Source: Bulinus truncatus (lineage: Eukaryota). From it: 64,000 nucleotides of DNA. Shown here piece after piece: positions 1 through 12,067 of this stretch (its first letter is position 1; the number at the start of each line of letters is the position of its first letter). The position numbers and the translations under genes are program-made. The notes below the pieces were generated by a model. The model made no database searches. It saw only the letters and a list, made by a program, of their open reading frames with translations, and had not been told where the DNA came from. The stretch lies in assembly GCA_021962125.1 (NCBI GenBank), contig JAGDYQ010000002.1:20986893-21050892 (forward strand), in the 5' to 3' direction.

Positions 1-68
1 TACTGTGTGAGAAAAATTATTTAGTCAGAAAAAAAAACAACAGAAATAACATTAACCTATTCACTTAC

Positions 69-134
69 GCGAACATTGACCACCATTTTTAGGATCACCA
101 TAGTAACCGCTGGTGCATTCACTACAGTGAGTAC
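69..134 (-). CDS. attractin/MEGF8-like exon (laminin-type EGF fragment: THCSECTSGYYGDPKNGGQCS)
   Basis: Acceptor ctgcag|, donor |gtaagt; phase 1 in, 1 out. Confidence 0.65.
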
Positions 135-238
135 CTGCAGATAAAGAAACAAACAAAAAAAAAGTCTCAAAGGGCTCACCATGTTAAAACACTAAAGATA
201 TTAGTGCAGCCAAATGGTTTTAAGAAAAAAGAACAAAC

Positions 239-313
239 CTGTTGTGTAATTCTCACACTGTGTGCAAACATGGGTATCATTGTCACATTTTGAGTGCCCA
301 TTGCACTGACACA
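239..313 (-). CDS. attractin/MEGF8-like exon (laminin EGF: CQCNGHSKCDNDTHVCTQCENYTT)
   Basis: Acceptor tttacag|, donor |gtttgt; phases chain with neighbours; CxCNGHS laminin-EGF signature. Confidence 0.7.
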
Positions 314-912
314 CTGTAAACAGATACAGGCAGTGGTTTATTTTAAAGGAGAGAAATTTTACATATGGAAACTCTAGCACTTCAACAATTATTAGTGATA
401 AATAAATAAATCATAAAATCCAATCCTGATATCCTAAAAAAAAAATAAAAAATTTTGGGTTTAACATCACATGAAAAAAAAAGTAAAAAAAAAAAATTCA
501 GTAACTTTGTTTACATTTTTTCTTTGGTCAAGTTTTTTGAATTTGGGTAATTAATAATTAATTTAATGTATCAGTCCAATAATCCGTTTCTTAAATCATT
601 CATAATTGTCAATAATTTCATCATCCCATCTATTATGATGAGATTTCCATTCAATTATCATCATCAATCCTTTCTGTGTATTTTGGTCAGATTCTTTAAT
701 ATATATTTTGCCTCATTTAAAGGAATGTTTTCATACGTCATAATTTTTTATTTGCTTTCTCATAGTAAAATAATCACCAGCTCTGAATTTTTTTTAGAGT
801 TGTTTTTTTTTATACGAATTAATAAATTTAAATAACAAATTAATGGATCATAAAAGAATGGTAAGTTAACTAATTTTTTAAAAATAAATTCTCAAATAAT
901 TTTTCAACCTAC

Positions 913-1086
913 GAGGACATTGAAGAAATGACCATCTTTCAGCAGGACATGAAGTTTTAATTTTGGGGCCAGTGTACGATCCTTCCATGCACTTCCCAGT
1001 TCCAGTTTCAGTTTCATCATTGCACCAACCACACTGAGGCTTATCCTGACATTCTGAGCAGGTCTTATGCTGACTGCAGTTCATTG
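913..1086 (-). CDS. attractin/MEGF8-like exon, PSI domain 5 (CSQHKTCSECQDKPQCGWCNDETE..)
   Basis: ORF 878..1084(-); acceptor cactag|, donor |gtaggt; phase 1/1. Confidence 0.75.
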
Positions 1087-1306
1087 CTAGTGAAGTTGAA
1101 CAAGTATTCAGTTTTGAAAAACCAATAAGCAGTCAATCAACATACACAGTATACAAAAATTAATAAAGGGAAGCGAGTAAAATTGCCATTTAACTAAATA
1201 AAAACAATTGAGATCAGAAGAATACATTTACAAAAAAATAAAATAAAACTGAAAACAAATTAACTTAGCTGTAAAAAAAAAACAACGACTAAAAATGCAC
1301 ATGTAC

Positions 1307-1486
1307 CTTGACATTCATTAATTTTGGTAGTCCAGTCTGTACACTGGGCAAAATGATAGGTCACAACATAGGCATTAGTTTCTATACACTTCTCAAGGTT
1401 GCCGCACCACATGCAATAGGCATTGGTACAATTTAAACAACCAGTGTGTTCAGAACAAGACTTAGGACATGTCTTTGTTTCATTAC
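1307..1486 (-). CDS. attractin/MEGF8-like exon, PSI domain 4 (CPKSCSEHTGCLNCTNAYCMWCGNLEKC..)
   Basis: ORF 1260..1514(-); acceptor tatacag|, donor |gtacat; phase 1/1. Confidence 0.75.
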
Positions 1487-1938
1487 CTGTATAAATACAA
1501 AATATAAAGGGCATCTGATTTTTTAAAGTTTAGCTTTGTGACAGAGGTATTTTGATAATGAGCCAAATTTGTTATATGCTAAAAAATAAGCCAAATGAAT
1601 GCACTGCATTATATCACAATATGTATACCAGTGACAATATCATTCAAGCAGTGATTCTTAAAGGGCTGAAAACTAATATAATGTGGGTCATTGAATTTAT
1701 TAAATATATGTACACATATTAATAATTAATTTTAACTTTAATTTTCTTTGTTCAAGCCTTATTACTCCCTATAGCTAGATCCCTATAGCTTAATAGTTTT
1801 CATAATAGGTGTAGAATGGTAACTCTTTTTCTTTAAGTAATATGCCTCATAAAATCTGGGGAGGAATGGGGTTATGTACCTGTCACTAGGCAATTGATAC
1901 AACCGAAAATATTACTAATAATAGAATAGGCCACTTAC

Positions 1939-2065
1939 TTTTGTTCTTGCTTGCTAGAACACATGATGTACTTTGCCAGGAACATCTGCTATTTTCTTGA
2001 CAAGCTTTACAAGTGAAGTAACTGCTGCAAATTTCTTTCTCATCATCTGTGCAGTTGCTGGAATT
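1939..2065 (-). CDS. attractin/MEGF8-like exon, PSI domain 3 (NCTDDEKEICSSYFTCKACQENSRCSWQSTSC)
   Basis: ORF 1886..2074(-); acceptor ggctcag|, donor |gtaagt; phase 0 in, 1 out. Confidence 0.75.
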
Positions 2066-2258
2066 CTGAGCCAATAAACAAACAATTATTTTTATTACGT
2101 CCCATTAAATGTTCTGACCAATGTTTGAAGGCCAGATGTGTTTAACTTCTTTGAGACTATTATCTTCTGTGATACATGATAATACAGAATTATGTTAGTA
2201 AAAATACATGTAGCAAAAAAAAAAAAAAAAAAAATCAGCAAACTGCTGGCCACGTTAC

Positions 2259-2380
2259 CTGAGAACACTTGTTTGAAGCTGCTAATGACAAGCATTGATT
2301 CCCACACCATTGACACATGGCGCCAGAAGCACTCTGACAAGAATTGCAATTGGTGTAGCCCGAACATGATGAATTTCCAT
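2259..2380 (-). CDS. attractin/MEGF8-like exon, PSI domain 2 (DGNSSCSGYTNCNSCQSASGAMCQWCGNQCLS..)
   Basis: Minus-strand translation; acceptor ttcacag|, donor |gtaacg; phase 1 in, 0 out. Confidence 0.75.
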
Positions 2381-2774
2381 CTGTGAATTAATATTTTTTT
2401 TTTGTTGGGGGTAAATTTTCAAAAACTACATGCCAGATTTATGACTAAAAAAATTGTACAGTGTGTGTGTTTCTATGCGTGAATACATTTATAGAAAAAA
2501 AAAACCCTTAAACAATTTTCAAGTCCATTAAGTGATTGACATGGACATCAACTGGTATTGATTATATATTATCAGCTATCTATTGAACTAAAACAGTTAC
2601 CATGTTGAAATTCCAAAAAGGTGAATAACAAAAAAACACAAGCTTATTGAAACGAGTGTTTACTAATAAATGGATTTAAATAGTAGACTTGAAGAGAACT
2701 CAGCCGAAAATTGTGTTTAGTGATTTATACCGAAATATTTTTTTTTACCATAAATGTTTTGATGATCCATTTAC

Positions 2775-2891
2775 CTGAAAATGCCTTACAGCGTGTATCT
2801 TTAATGCAAGTATTATTATTTAACCACTGACACTTGATTCCATTGCCAGGCGACTCACAGAGGGTTTCATTTTGGTAGAAATCACAATTAT
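2775..2891 (-). CDS. attractin/MEGF8-like exon, PSI domain 1 (DNCDFYQNETLCESPGNGIKCQWLNNNTCIKDTRC)
   Basis: ORF 2725..2934(-); acceptor cttaacag|, donor |gtaaat; phase 1/1. Confidence 0.75.
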
Positions 2892-3152
2892 CTGTTAAGA
2901 AATAAAAACGCAGACATAAACACAATGTATTCATTGAGTGAACTGAAGACCAACAATATATTAATGGCCAACAATGCAGTCACTCTTAGGTACATTTACA
3001 TTATTATTTTTTTTTTTAGAAAACTTGTACATGATTATATAACAATATTATTTGATATACAATAAAATTCTTGCATTATCCAAATGGCATCTGTCTTTTT
3101 TGGGTGCTGAGGGTGAGAGTGGTGTTTATGTAAATGTGTTTTCATAGCATAC

Positions 3153-3217
3153 CTAAAGTTATTTTAAAGAGATCATTCAGGACGAGAGAGTTGAATCCAC
3201 CAAATACGTACGCAGTG
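3153..3217 (-). CDS. attractin/MEGF8-like short Kelch exon (NTAYVFGGFNSLVLNDLFKITL)
   Basis: Found by resolving a phase mismatch between neighbouring exons. Acceptor ataccag|, donor |gtatgc; phase 2 in, 1 out restores the reading frame; YVFGG Kelch motif. Confidence 0.65.
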
Positions 3218-3546
3218 CTGGTATGAATAAGAAAAAAAAAATAGATGAGTCAAAAAACTTATGAGACAACAATAGAGAGGTACATATAGTAAATATGAAA
3301 TTTAGATGTACATTTAGTAAATATCGAATTTAGAAGAGAAAAAAAAAGTCTTCAAAAAAGTTTCTCCACTAAGAACATGAGATATTCTTATTACTTATTA
3401 TTTATACATGTCATTTTGTGCTATTAACGTATTTAATCCATTACATAAATGACATCAAAAATAGTAAATAACTAGAAAGAAGAGCAAACTCTGCAATTTG
3501 GACAGCATCACACATTTTTTAAGAAAAAAAAATAATAAAGCCTTAC

Positions 3547-3634
3547 TTATTAATGGCTACCATGGAATGTCCAAAACGGTCTGGTGATTGAAAGTAATGA
3601 TCCGGTACATTTACTGTACTCCATTTATCACACT
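3547..3634 (-). CDS. attractin/MEGF8-like Kelch exon (ECDKWSTVNVPDHYFQSPDRFGHSMVAIN)
   Basis: Acceptor tttacag|, donor |gtaagg; phase 1 in, 2 out. Confidence 0.7.
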
Positions 3635-4034
3635 CTGTAAATACAACAACAAATAATGTAGTTTAAGGCTTTCGAAAATTACTGTTATTATTTTAAGCTT
3701 TACATATTTTTTTTTTCAAATCCACTAACTGTTTAGAGTATTTTATCAAATTTAAAAATTAAGAATTAAAGTAATTAATTAATTGCAAAATTTATCATTG
3801 AATCATCCATTGTCATGGAGCAAAAACCATTATGCAAAATTTGTCACTATAAAGTGCCTTAAAATGGATTGCAAAAAGTTTTCTAAATAAACAAGTTTCG
3901 AGTGGAGAAAATGGTTAGAAAAATTGAGTAAGATGTCAAAGATGACGCTGATTTTTTGTTTGTGTTTTTAATTATTTTTATGTGTCGAGAAATCTGTATT
4001 AATAAAAAAAAAAAAAGTTCAGCTAATCACTCAC

Positions 4035-4189
4035 CTATATCATAAACCATAAAGTCTGACACAAAACATGTCATGCTGGTTTCATTGATGGTATTGCTTC
4101 CAAAACTGCCACCAAATGTCAGCATCATTCCATTTATAATAGCTGCCGAATGCATGTAACGTGGGGTGCCACTACTCTGTAGTTTAAAC
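4035..4189 (-). CDS. attractin/MEGF8-like Kelch exon (..RYMHSAAIINGMMLTFGGSFGSNTINETSMTCFVSDFMVYDI)
   Basis: ORF 4027..4236(-); acceptor ttctaag|, donor |gtgagt; phase 2 in, 1 out. Confidence 0.8.
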
Positions 4190-4261
4190 CTTAGAAAGGA
4201 ATAAAAAAAAAAACGCCACATGATTACAAAGGACAAATCTTACTAACTACACCCAGCTGCA

Positions 4262-4330
4262 GTTAATATAACAATCCTTTATCCACCTAACTTCCAAATT
4301 AACTGAGATATGTTGCAGTAAAAAAAAAAA
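4262..4330. repeat. Dispersed short repeat (copy 1 of 2; second at 11815-11880)
   Basis: tccacctaacttccaaattaactgagatatgttgcagtaaaaaaaa recurs near-identically at 11815-11880. Confidence 0.6.
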
Positions 4331-4542
4331 TAACAAGAAATGAGTCATTACTGCAAATTAGTGATTTGTTAAAAAATTTTTTTTCTTACTTTTACCTAAG
4401 ACCCAATTATATAAACAAAATTAAAAAGGAAACTTACAATCATTAACAAAAAAAACCTTTTTTTTCCAAAATTAGAACAAATTCACTTTAATGTAAGAAT
4501 TAATTCATTTCTAACATACAACAGAATTGACATTTATTTTAC

Positions 4543-4726
4543 CATTCCTGAATTTTAGGGTCATAGCGATAGACCTTGTCTGACAGAGCACCACCTTTGT
4601 TTAAGTGTGCTTGATAGCCACCGTAGACATATATCTTCTGAGTATGTTCATCATAAACACTGGTATGAGCATAGCTGCCTTGGACAAGACATCCTTTCGT
4701 ACTGACAATTCTCCATTGACGTGATA
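4543..4726 (-). CDS. attractin/MEGF8-like Kelch exon (..GSYAHTSVYDEHTQKIYVYGGYQAHLNKGGALSDKVYRYDPKIQEW)
   Basis: Acceptor tttgcag|, donor |gtaaaa; phase 1 in, 2 out. Confidence 0.8.
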
Positions 4727-4839
4727 CTGCAAAAAAAAAAAAAAAAAATAAGACATTACAAACTGCATGTTCAAATTGATGCTACAAAATTAAGGAAGGG
4801 AAAAATGTATGAAATCTGTTCTTTTAAATCAAAACTCAC

Positions 4840-5053
4840 TAAAGCTGTACTCTGCCACTTCGTTCAGGTATCCAAAGTTGCTGCTGTAGCCAAATATGAC
4901 AATCATGGTATCCTGGTAAATATGAGCGGTGTGACCAGTTACATCTCTTATGCCTGAGGCTAGGCGCTTCCACAGTTTGGTAATAGTGTTGAATTCCCAG
5001 AGGTCTTGCACAATGTCATATTTATGGGTTCCACCATAGAGATATAGTGATTT
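4840..5053 (-). CDS. attractin/MEGF8-like Kelch exon (KSLYLYGGTHKYDIVQDLWEFN..GHTAHIYQDTMIVIFGYSSNFGYLNEVAEYSF)
   Basis: ORF 4829..5011(-); acceptor acctag|, donor |gtgagt; phase 0 in, 1 out. Confidence 0.8.
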
Positions 5054-5574
5054 CTAGGTTACAAACAATATTTATGATGTATCAAATTGTTTGGTAAGAC
5101 AACCATTCTATAATTTTAAAAATCATTTTTTTTTATTTCAACTTTAAAGTAATAAATTATACAATGCTGTGAAAAAAATCTATATATTTTCTCAACAATT
5201 TATTACTAAAATCAGACATCGCCAAAGAGTGTTTTTTTTATTCCTGAATAGCTGATTATTTTAAATTAGGTAATTTTTAGACCGGATGTTTTTAAAAGTT
5301 AAGTTCCAGTGTTTCCTCTTGAATTAAAAAATGTCAACAATTACACATGGCATTGATTTAACTTAAATTTAAGTTTTTATTTTTTACATGTTTAACAAAT
5401 ATAAATAAACTAACATATTTGGTTACTAATTAAAGCGATACATTGGTAAGTCAGAAAATATTAAATTGTCGATACTTAAAAGTTGTATTTGCATTTTATT
5501 TTGCTTTCCAATTACATGGGATTAATGGGGAAGTTTCATGCTTGATGTTCTTTAAAACAATTTTGATAACTCAC

Positions 5575-5683
5575 ATTGTAAAAAACTGCTGAGTGGCCAT
5601 ATCTCGGCCACACCTCTTTTGAAGATTCATTAGCAGGATAAAACTCATTACTAGCATCCCAATCTTTGGATGAAATGTTAAAC
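5575..5683 (-). CDS. attractin/MEGF8-like Kelch exon (FNISSKDWDASNEFYPANESSKEVWPRYGHSAVFYN)
   Basis: ORF 5536..5724(-); acceptor ttttag|, donor |gtgagt; phase 2 in, 0 out. Confidence 0.8.
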
Positions 5684-6052
5684 CTAAAAATAATAATTAA
5701 AAAAAAAAAAGAATAATTTTCCATGAACAGAAGTAGATATGGTATTAATTAACAACATCTTTTATTACTTCAAGACTTGAATATGCTCTTTTATAAATAC
5801 TTGAGGTTTATTAGTAAATCTACCAGTTCTACAACCTTGTTAGTTCATCAATTCATATTTTTAGGTTAGGTCTGAAAAGTAAGAGCTTCTATTTTTCAAC
5901 TAATTACAAGACCAAAAATTTATAGATCCTTGTTCTTTATTGAATAACAGTAAACCCAAATGCACAAAGCATAAAAAGTATTTAATAAACTTAAATAAAA
6001 CACAACATGTGGTCTAGATGTATTTAAAGTGCTGGTATTTAAATAAACTTAC

Positions 6053-6227
6053 GAAAACAGATTATTCATCTCAGTATAATCTCTCATTCTGTATCCTCCA
6101 AGCATCCATAGAGAGTCAGAGTCATCAAACACAAGGGACATTGAGGCCCTGCCAGTTAACTTTCCAGAAAGTTGAGGTGCCATGAGCTCAATATTCAAAC
6201 CACTGTTGCTGTTTTCACAGTTGTTGC
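6053..6227 (-). CDS. attractin/MEGF8-like Kelch exon (GNNCENSNSGLNIELMAPQLSGKLTGRASMSLVFDDSDSLWMLGGYRMRDYTEMNNLF)
   Basis: ORF 6049..6336(-); acceptor ctttcag|, donor |gtaagt; phase 1 in, 2 out. Confidence 0.8.
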
Positions 6228-7116
6228 CTGAAAGGAAGAAATGGAGACACACTGTTTTAAAAAAAATGCTAGAATGATGCAAAGCTGTTTTGTTACACAT
6301 TTTTAAAAAATCAATATAATTAATATTCTGATCCATTCGGAAAGATTGGTTTCAAGCCTTCTTTTTAATCAACAACAATGCCAAACGTGGTTTTTTCATA
6401 CCGAAGTTTCCGAGCGAATGTCAACCCATTCCCCCCTTTGCTGTCATATTTTGCTAAACTTCGCCCCACGTAAGTCTTGTTTACCCTACTCTCCAATAAT
6501 AAGTCAGATTAATTTACGAAAGAGGTATAATTAATTGAAACAGATTTATTAAGTATTAGTATGTATGTCTATTGAATTAGTTATTGAGACCAGTTTATTG
6601 ACATGTATCAATCACGTCAAGTGATGTGAATTGTTTTCTTTTTAATCAACAACAATGTCAAACATGTGTTGCCAGGCTGGCATTGACAATGAAATATTTT
6701 AATATGCAGATAGGCATTAAGACTTGAATAGCAGTAAGGAAAACTTGACACAACATGTTACACAGGAATACTTTTTTGCAGCCATTGTAAAAAGTTCGCC
6801 AGAAAGAATTCAAGTAAAAGCTAGCTGCAAAGATCAACAAATAGACAGCAACTAAACTGGGGCATCTGTCATGGTCTGACAGGCAAACGACTGACCTGCT
6901 GCAGTGCCCCTGAAGTTACTGGAACCACATAATATTTAGGGGGTTTCATGATGATGAATTAATTTTTTTTTTTAGAAAAAATGTATATCCTAAAGCTAAT
7001 TCCGAACTTTCTATACAAATCAAAATATTAATTTTTATAAAGAAAAACATCTCAGCAGAATGAGATTTTTTAATACTGACAAGCAATTTTCAGGGAAGGT
7101 AAAGAAAGGAGCTTAC

Positions 7117-7289
7117 CAGTGAAGCCTGGCTTACAGAGACAGCTGTTACTTCTGCAGATACCATTGTTGGAGCAGTTGAGTGGACACACCGGAGTATCAC
7201 AGTTTACTCCAGTCCAGTCAGGATCACAAATACAAGTACCATTTTCGCATCTGCCTTGTTCCGAACATTCTAATGAACAGTTATCAATG
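7117..7289 (-). CDS. attractin/MEGF8-like exon, two EGF-like domains (IDNCSLECSEQGRCENGTCICDPDWTGVNCDTPVCPLNCSNNGICRSNSCLCKPGFT)
   Basis: Minus-strand translation antisense to + ORF 7119..7307; acceptor tttttag|, donor |gtaagc; phase 2 in, 1 out. Confidence 0.8.
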
Positions 7290-7606
7290 CTAAAAAAAAA
7301 TAGATGAAGAATGACTTGTAAATTAAAAACTTTAAAAGATATATTTACACTGGCATAAAGTTTGAAAACTGCAGTAAAATATTGTAAGCTACTTTCTTAT
7401 CTAAAGTCATTTTAACATTATTTAATGAAATAAAGCAGTGTAAACATCTATTGCACCAAAAAAAAAAAAAAAAGACAATTTTTAAAGCCTCTGGCTGACT
7501 TATCACTAAAATATATAGACTTTTAGTTGTGTAACAATAGCTTTAGGTATATTCGGACAAGTTTAGAATCACTTTTCAGTTGGTTAGTCAACATTGGAAA
7601 CTCATG

Positions 7607-7675
7607 GACCCAGGATACAGTCATATGTTTTGATAACTAGAACCAGGATACAGTCATATGTTTTGATAACTAGAA
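7607..7675. repeat. Tandem duplication (33-bp unit x2)
   Basis: ccaggatacagtcatatgttttgataactagaa repeated twice. Confidence 0.7.
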
Positions 7676-8832
7676 TTACAACGTTATATCTTTGTTTAGG
7701 GAGAATTAGTCTGTCAGCACAGGTCGGCGACCTCTAGATATAAGTGACGATAGATGCAATTACGGGAAACAAAGGGATGATAGCTTTAGTATAGGTATTT
7801 GGCCGCACCAATCGCAAGGCTGGAATAAGGGTCCTTATGACGTAGTTGAGTTAGAAGGGTTGTTTGGGAGCCAATCAAAAGTTCTGGGGCTTTAGAGTCA
7901 CATGATAAATCATCACCACATATAATGGGATGTAAGTAAGTTTTTAGGGAGAGAGTTAGAGGCAGAGAGCAGGTTAGAGACACGGAGATAGAGACAGGGG
8001 GTCAGACGGAGAGAAGTGGAGAGACAGTTAGGGAGTAGTGGGCAGAGAGGACGATTGAGAAGTTTAGTTGGGATCGAGAAGAGGACAATAGTTGTTAATA
8101 GGAGATTTGATTTGTTGTATTATTCATCTTTCATGTGATGTAGAAATAAAGTACATTAGTCATTGTTCACTCGGCTACCTTGTTTATTGAATGTTAGTAA
8201 AAGTGAACTATACACGCTGTGAACGCCTCCGAAGAAGAGAAGAAGAAGAGAATCTCCACAGAAATTATACAAACAATATAAAGAAAATAAAATCATAGAG
8301 TGACAAGTTGTCTTTTTGGAAACTCTCAACAGATAAGTAAATAACTAATTATCAAATTATAAATGAAATGTTCATAATTTCTGATGAGATATTCATAATT
8401 TCTTTATGACAATAAACCACATCACAAAAATGCATAATTACTGCTAAAAATTCACTCCACATTTTTGGGCCCATTTCAGGCATACATTTTTATTTTGTTT
8501 CCTAAAACATGTATAAAACATACTTATAAACTGTCCACTGCAGAAACATTTTACTTTAACCCATCTTGTCAGTGAAGGTTTAATCCTCTAACGTTCTAAA
8601 AAAAAATCTCAAATTTTACTACAAGTGTCTTTTACTCAGTTAATCTTCAATTTGTAAACACATCAATGTAATAGCTAATCTAGGGGTTGAAAAGATTTAG
8701 TAATGAAATAATAGAAAAAAACTGATTCATTTGGAGATGCATTAATCCAAAAAGTGAGCTGCTTGCAGATCTAAGAGATGCTTTAGGACACCATTGTTAT
8801 ATACTAAAAAAAATTATAACTTAATTACTTAC

Positions 8833-8955
8833 ATATAGGATATATTAAAACCTGGTAAAATGAATGCTGCATCACTGTAAAAATGAATAAATGCATATTG
8901 GCCTGTCAAATTAAACTTTAATCTTGGTTTGTGCTTCAAACTTCCAAACACTCCA
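8833..8955 (-). CDS. attractin/MEGF8-like exon, CUB domain C-terminal half (..FNLTGQYAFIHFYSDAAFILPGFNISY)
   Basis: ORF 8829..9035(-); acceptor tttccag|, donor |gtaagt; phase 2/2. Confidence 0.8.
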
Positions 8956-9284
8956 CTGGAAAAAAGAAAATTGCTTTTAAAAAAAAAATGGCAATGTAAT
9001 CCTTTACAAGGGGTAGATAATAATTTATGAAACAATTACATATTTATCAATATACACATGTAATTTAATAATATTTTTTTTTAGTCTAGGCTGCATTCAG
9101 TGAAGTATTTTTAAAAAGTAATAGTTTTTTTTTCTTAAAAAAATGTGTACCATATGACAGGAAATTTTATTACTTCAGTTATTAATTTCAAAGCAATAAA
9201 ACTAATGCAAGTCTTATTTTAGGTAGAATCTTCATTCCACTTTAGTATTCCGTCCAACTAATCATTTGTCATTGCCTGATTAGA

Positions 9285-9430
9285 CTCTCCACTAGATTTA
9301 TCATAAAGATAATAAGGGTTAAAAATCATATGTGCTTTCTTATTTCCACTCCACTTATATAATAACAGATCATTTGGACTCAACAATCCAGAGAAATAGT
9401 ATGTCTTTATTTTAAGACACAAGATAAAAA
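9285..9430. repeat. Dispersed ~145-bp repeat, copy A; direct copy B at 11085-11230 on the other side of the CUB exon
   Basis: ctccactag..tcataaagataa.aagggttaaaaat...ttccactccacttatataataaca...ccagagaaatagt.tgtctttattttaagaca.aagat shared by both copies. Confidence 0.7.
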
Positions 9431-10069
9431 TGGGTAAAAAAACATGAGGTCAGATAAATCCCCACTACACACACTGAACTTTATAAAACTGGAATACTCC
9501 ATTGTTCATTAAAAAAAGTCATGGGCAATAAGAAAAAGATGGAACACCCTTTAGCCTTGGTTTAAACATTTTATGCATTTTACCACATTAACTTCAGTAC
9601 TAAAAACCATTACTTCCGACACTAGAGACCATTAACATTTGCAAACTGATCAATTTATTAAAAATAAAATAAGACAAGCATAATTCATTCCTGATATGTG
9701 CTTGTAATCCAAATCACTTGCATATTAAAGGGGATTTCCTCATAAAGAACAAAGGAAACCCAAATAAGTGGTTCCAAAAAAACTAAAATTATTCTTAAGC
9801 ATAGTAATGAGTACATTTTTATATTTTAACTTTTATAGTTTAATAGAATTGCAAGATTTCTCCAGTTAATAAGAAGCTTTCTCGTCTTGAAAAACACTCA
9901 TAAACCGAGCTTTGGTGTGGACTACTGAAGTTGTTTTATTAGATGCACGAAAAGTACAAACTAAGGTAAAATGGACCATCTTTTTCTTCCTATGAGTGGC
10001 ATCTCGAGCACTCCATTTAAGCTCAGTGATGGTAGCTTACAAAAATTACAAACATAAAAAAAACTCTAC

Positions 10070-10294
10070 CTGAAGGCAGCTACCAAAGGTGAAAACGCTG
10101 AGTCTCCATCATGAATGTACAGGTGATCCCAGATACATTCTGTGGCGAACTCATTAAAAATTAGCTGAACTCTAGCATTTTTTTCTTTATCTGCTTTTAA
10201 TAGCCAACTACAAGTTGATTCTTGTGAATAATTTCCAGAGCCATCAAAAATGATGCCTTGCTGGCTGAATCTGCCATCTTTGGTGGATGGAATG
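10070..10294 (-). CDS. attractin/MEGF8-like exon, CUB domain N-terminal part (IPSTKDGRFSQQGIIFDGSGNYSQESTCSWLLKADKEKNARVQLIFNEFATECIWDHLYIHDGDSAFSPLVAAF)
   Basis: ORF 10066..10311(-); acceptor tttcag|, donor |gtagag; phase 2/2. Confidence 0.8.
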
Positions 10295-11084
10295 CTGAAA
10301 GTACACAACATAAATTAATAACATTTGAATATTAAGTACATCTCTCATAAATAGTAACAAAAACTCTTATTTTTTATAATTAATTATGAAATTAAAATAT
10401 CCTTAAAAGACTTACAGTATTTTTTTTCAAAATGATAAAACTTATAAAGGATCTAAATTTCATAATGTATATAACATATAATTATGCTGGCAACAATCTG
10501 AATAGCCCATGATTATATAAATAGTTTTTTTTTCTGGACTAACTTTAAAAGAAATTTAAAAAAATCAACATCTTAAGTATACAGAGGAAATAAAAGAACA
10601 AAAGTTGTATCATTTAAAATTACATTATAGCAAGGTATGACTTTTTATTGCTTGCTCTTTGAAAGATAACACAATATTTATGACTTAGCTTTAGACTGTT
10701 TTATATAACTGTATAAATTATTCTATAATATATTTTTAGACATTAAAAAACATGTTCCATATTATTTGTCTCGATAAGTCAACAAGTTATTTAGAAAGAA
10801 TAGATAATTTGAAGTCCAGAAATCCCTGAAATTTTATAGCGCAACTTCAAATTCATATTTAGTCATATTCAAACATAACTCTAAAAAGAATGAGTAATAT
10901 GTATTAACTGCTATTACTGCTAGGATTTATGCGATCACTACTGAAATGATGGTTTTTCTTTCACATGCTTAACCTCACTTAGCAAGCTTCACTTGAATAG
11001 TCAACATCTTTTATTAATTTCAAAGAAACAAAAACTACTGAGTATTCTGTCAAACTTATCATTTTTCATCAAATAATTAAGCCC

Positions 11085-11230
11085 TCCACTAGAACCGTCA
11101 TAAAGATAACAAGGGTTAAAAATTGTGATTTCTCGTTTCCACTCCACTTATATAATAACAAATCCTCATGACAAGTTCTCAAAAATCCAGAGAAATAGTT
11201 TGTCTTTATTTTAAGACATAAGATTAACAT
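11085..11230. repeat. Dispersed ~145-bp repeat, copy B
   Basis: See copy A at 9285-9430. Confidence 0.7.
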
Positions 11231-11814
11231 GAATTATATTGTTTACTTAAGACACTTAAGTGTTATAACTATTGTGATTGTGTAGTAACTGCAATAATGG
11301 CCTGCATAAAAAAAAGGTGAGAATGCTTTCACTTGAAATAAAATTGAGGGAGGTGTGTAAAATGCTAGAAATATCATGTAGCAGTAGCAGTGCAAGCGAT
11401 GTATCTGTATAACACCATATTTTGTCACGTTTACTCACAATTCCTACAAAGAAGGCAAAAGCATGTGTTACTGGATAGAACCCAAGTTAACGCCCCTTAA
11501 TAAGAAAAAGATTATGATGTTCAAACAGTCAGCACTGATCCAAGACCTTGATTAAATTTAATTACTTCATATAGTTTTTTCAAAAAATCATAAGAATATT
11601 TTCATTACTATGAAACAGAGTTATTTTAACTTTGTGGACCCACCCATCACAGTTTCCATTATTTCATAGTCACTAAGGAACATCTCTCTGTTCAAGATAT
11701 ATTTGTAAATAAGTGGAGGTGAACATCATAATAATAAGGGCTAGGGCCTATTGACAAGTATTGACTATCCTGTCCACAGATTAACTACACTCAGTGCCAG
11801 TCACTCATTTATGA

Positions 11815-11880
11815 AATGTATCCACCTAACTCCCAAATTAACTGAGATATATGTTGCAGTAAAAAAAAATAATAATAAAA
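11815..11880. repeat. Dispersed short repeat (copy 2 of the 4262-4330 family)
   Basis: Shared tccacctaact.ccaaattaactgagatat..gttgcagtaaaaaaa. Confidence 0.6.
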
Positions 11881-12067
11881 AATGACATCCACTATGACTA
11901 AGTCTAAGACTGTGACTAAACTGCATCAAATCAAGAAGGCTCTCTTAAACTATCTATATTTTATGACATAAAATGAAAAACTTTTTCAAAAAGGAAATTT
12001 AATGATATTAATTATTAATAATTATAATAAATGTGTCTGTGTTAAATAAATATATTATTATTACATA

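Noticed and set aside
2192-2386. Plus-strand ORFs 2192..2386, 4721..4957, 6346..6534 and 7119..7307 as genes
   Set aside because: They lie antisense to well-supported minus-strand attractin/MEGF8-like exons or introns, and lack splice partners and domain content.
7780-8230. AG-rich block followed by an aataaag motif as a processed pseudogene or retrocopy
   Set aside because: No ORF, no poly-A tail and no TSD. Treated as low-complexity intronic sequence.
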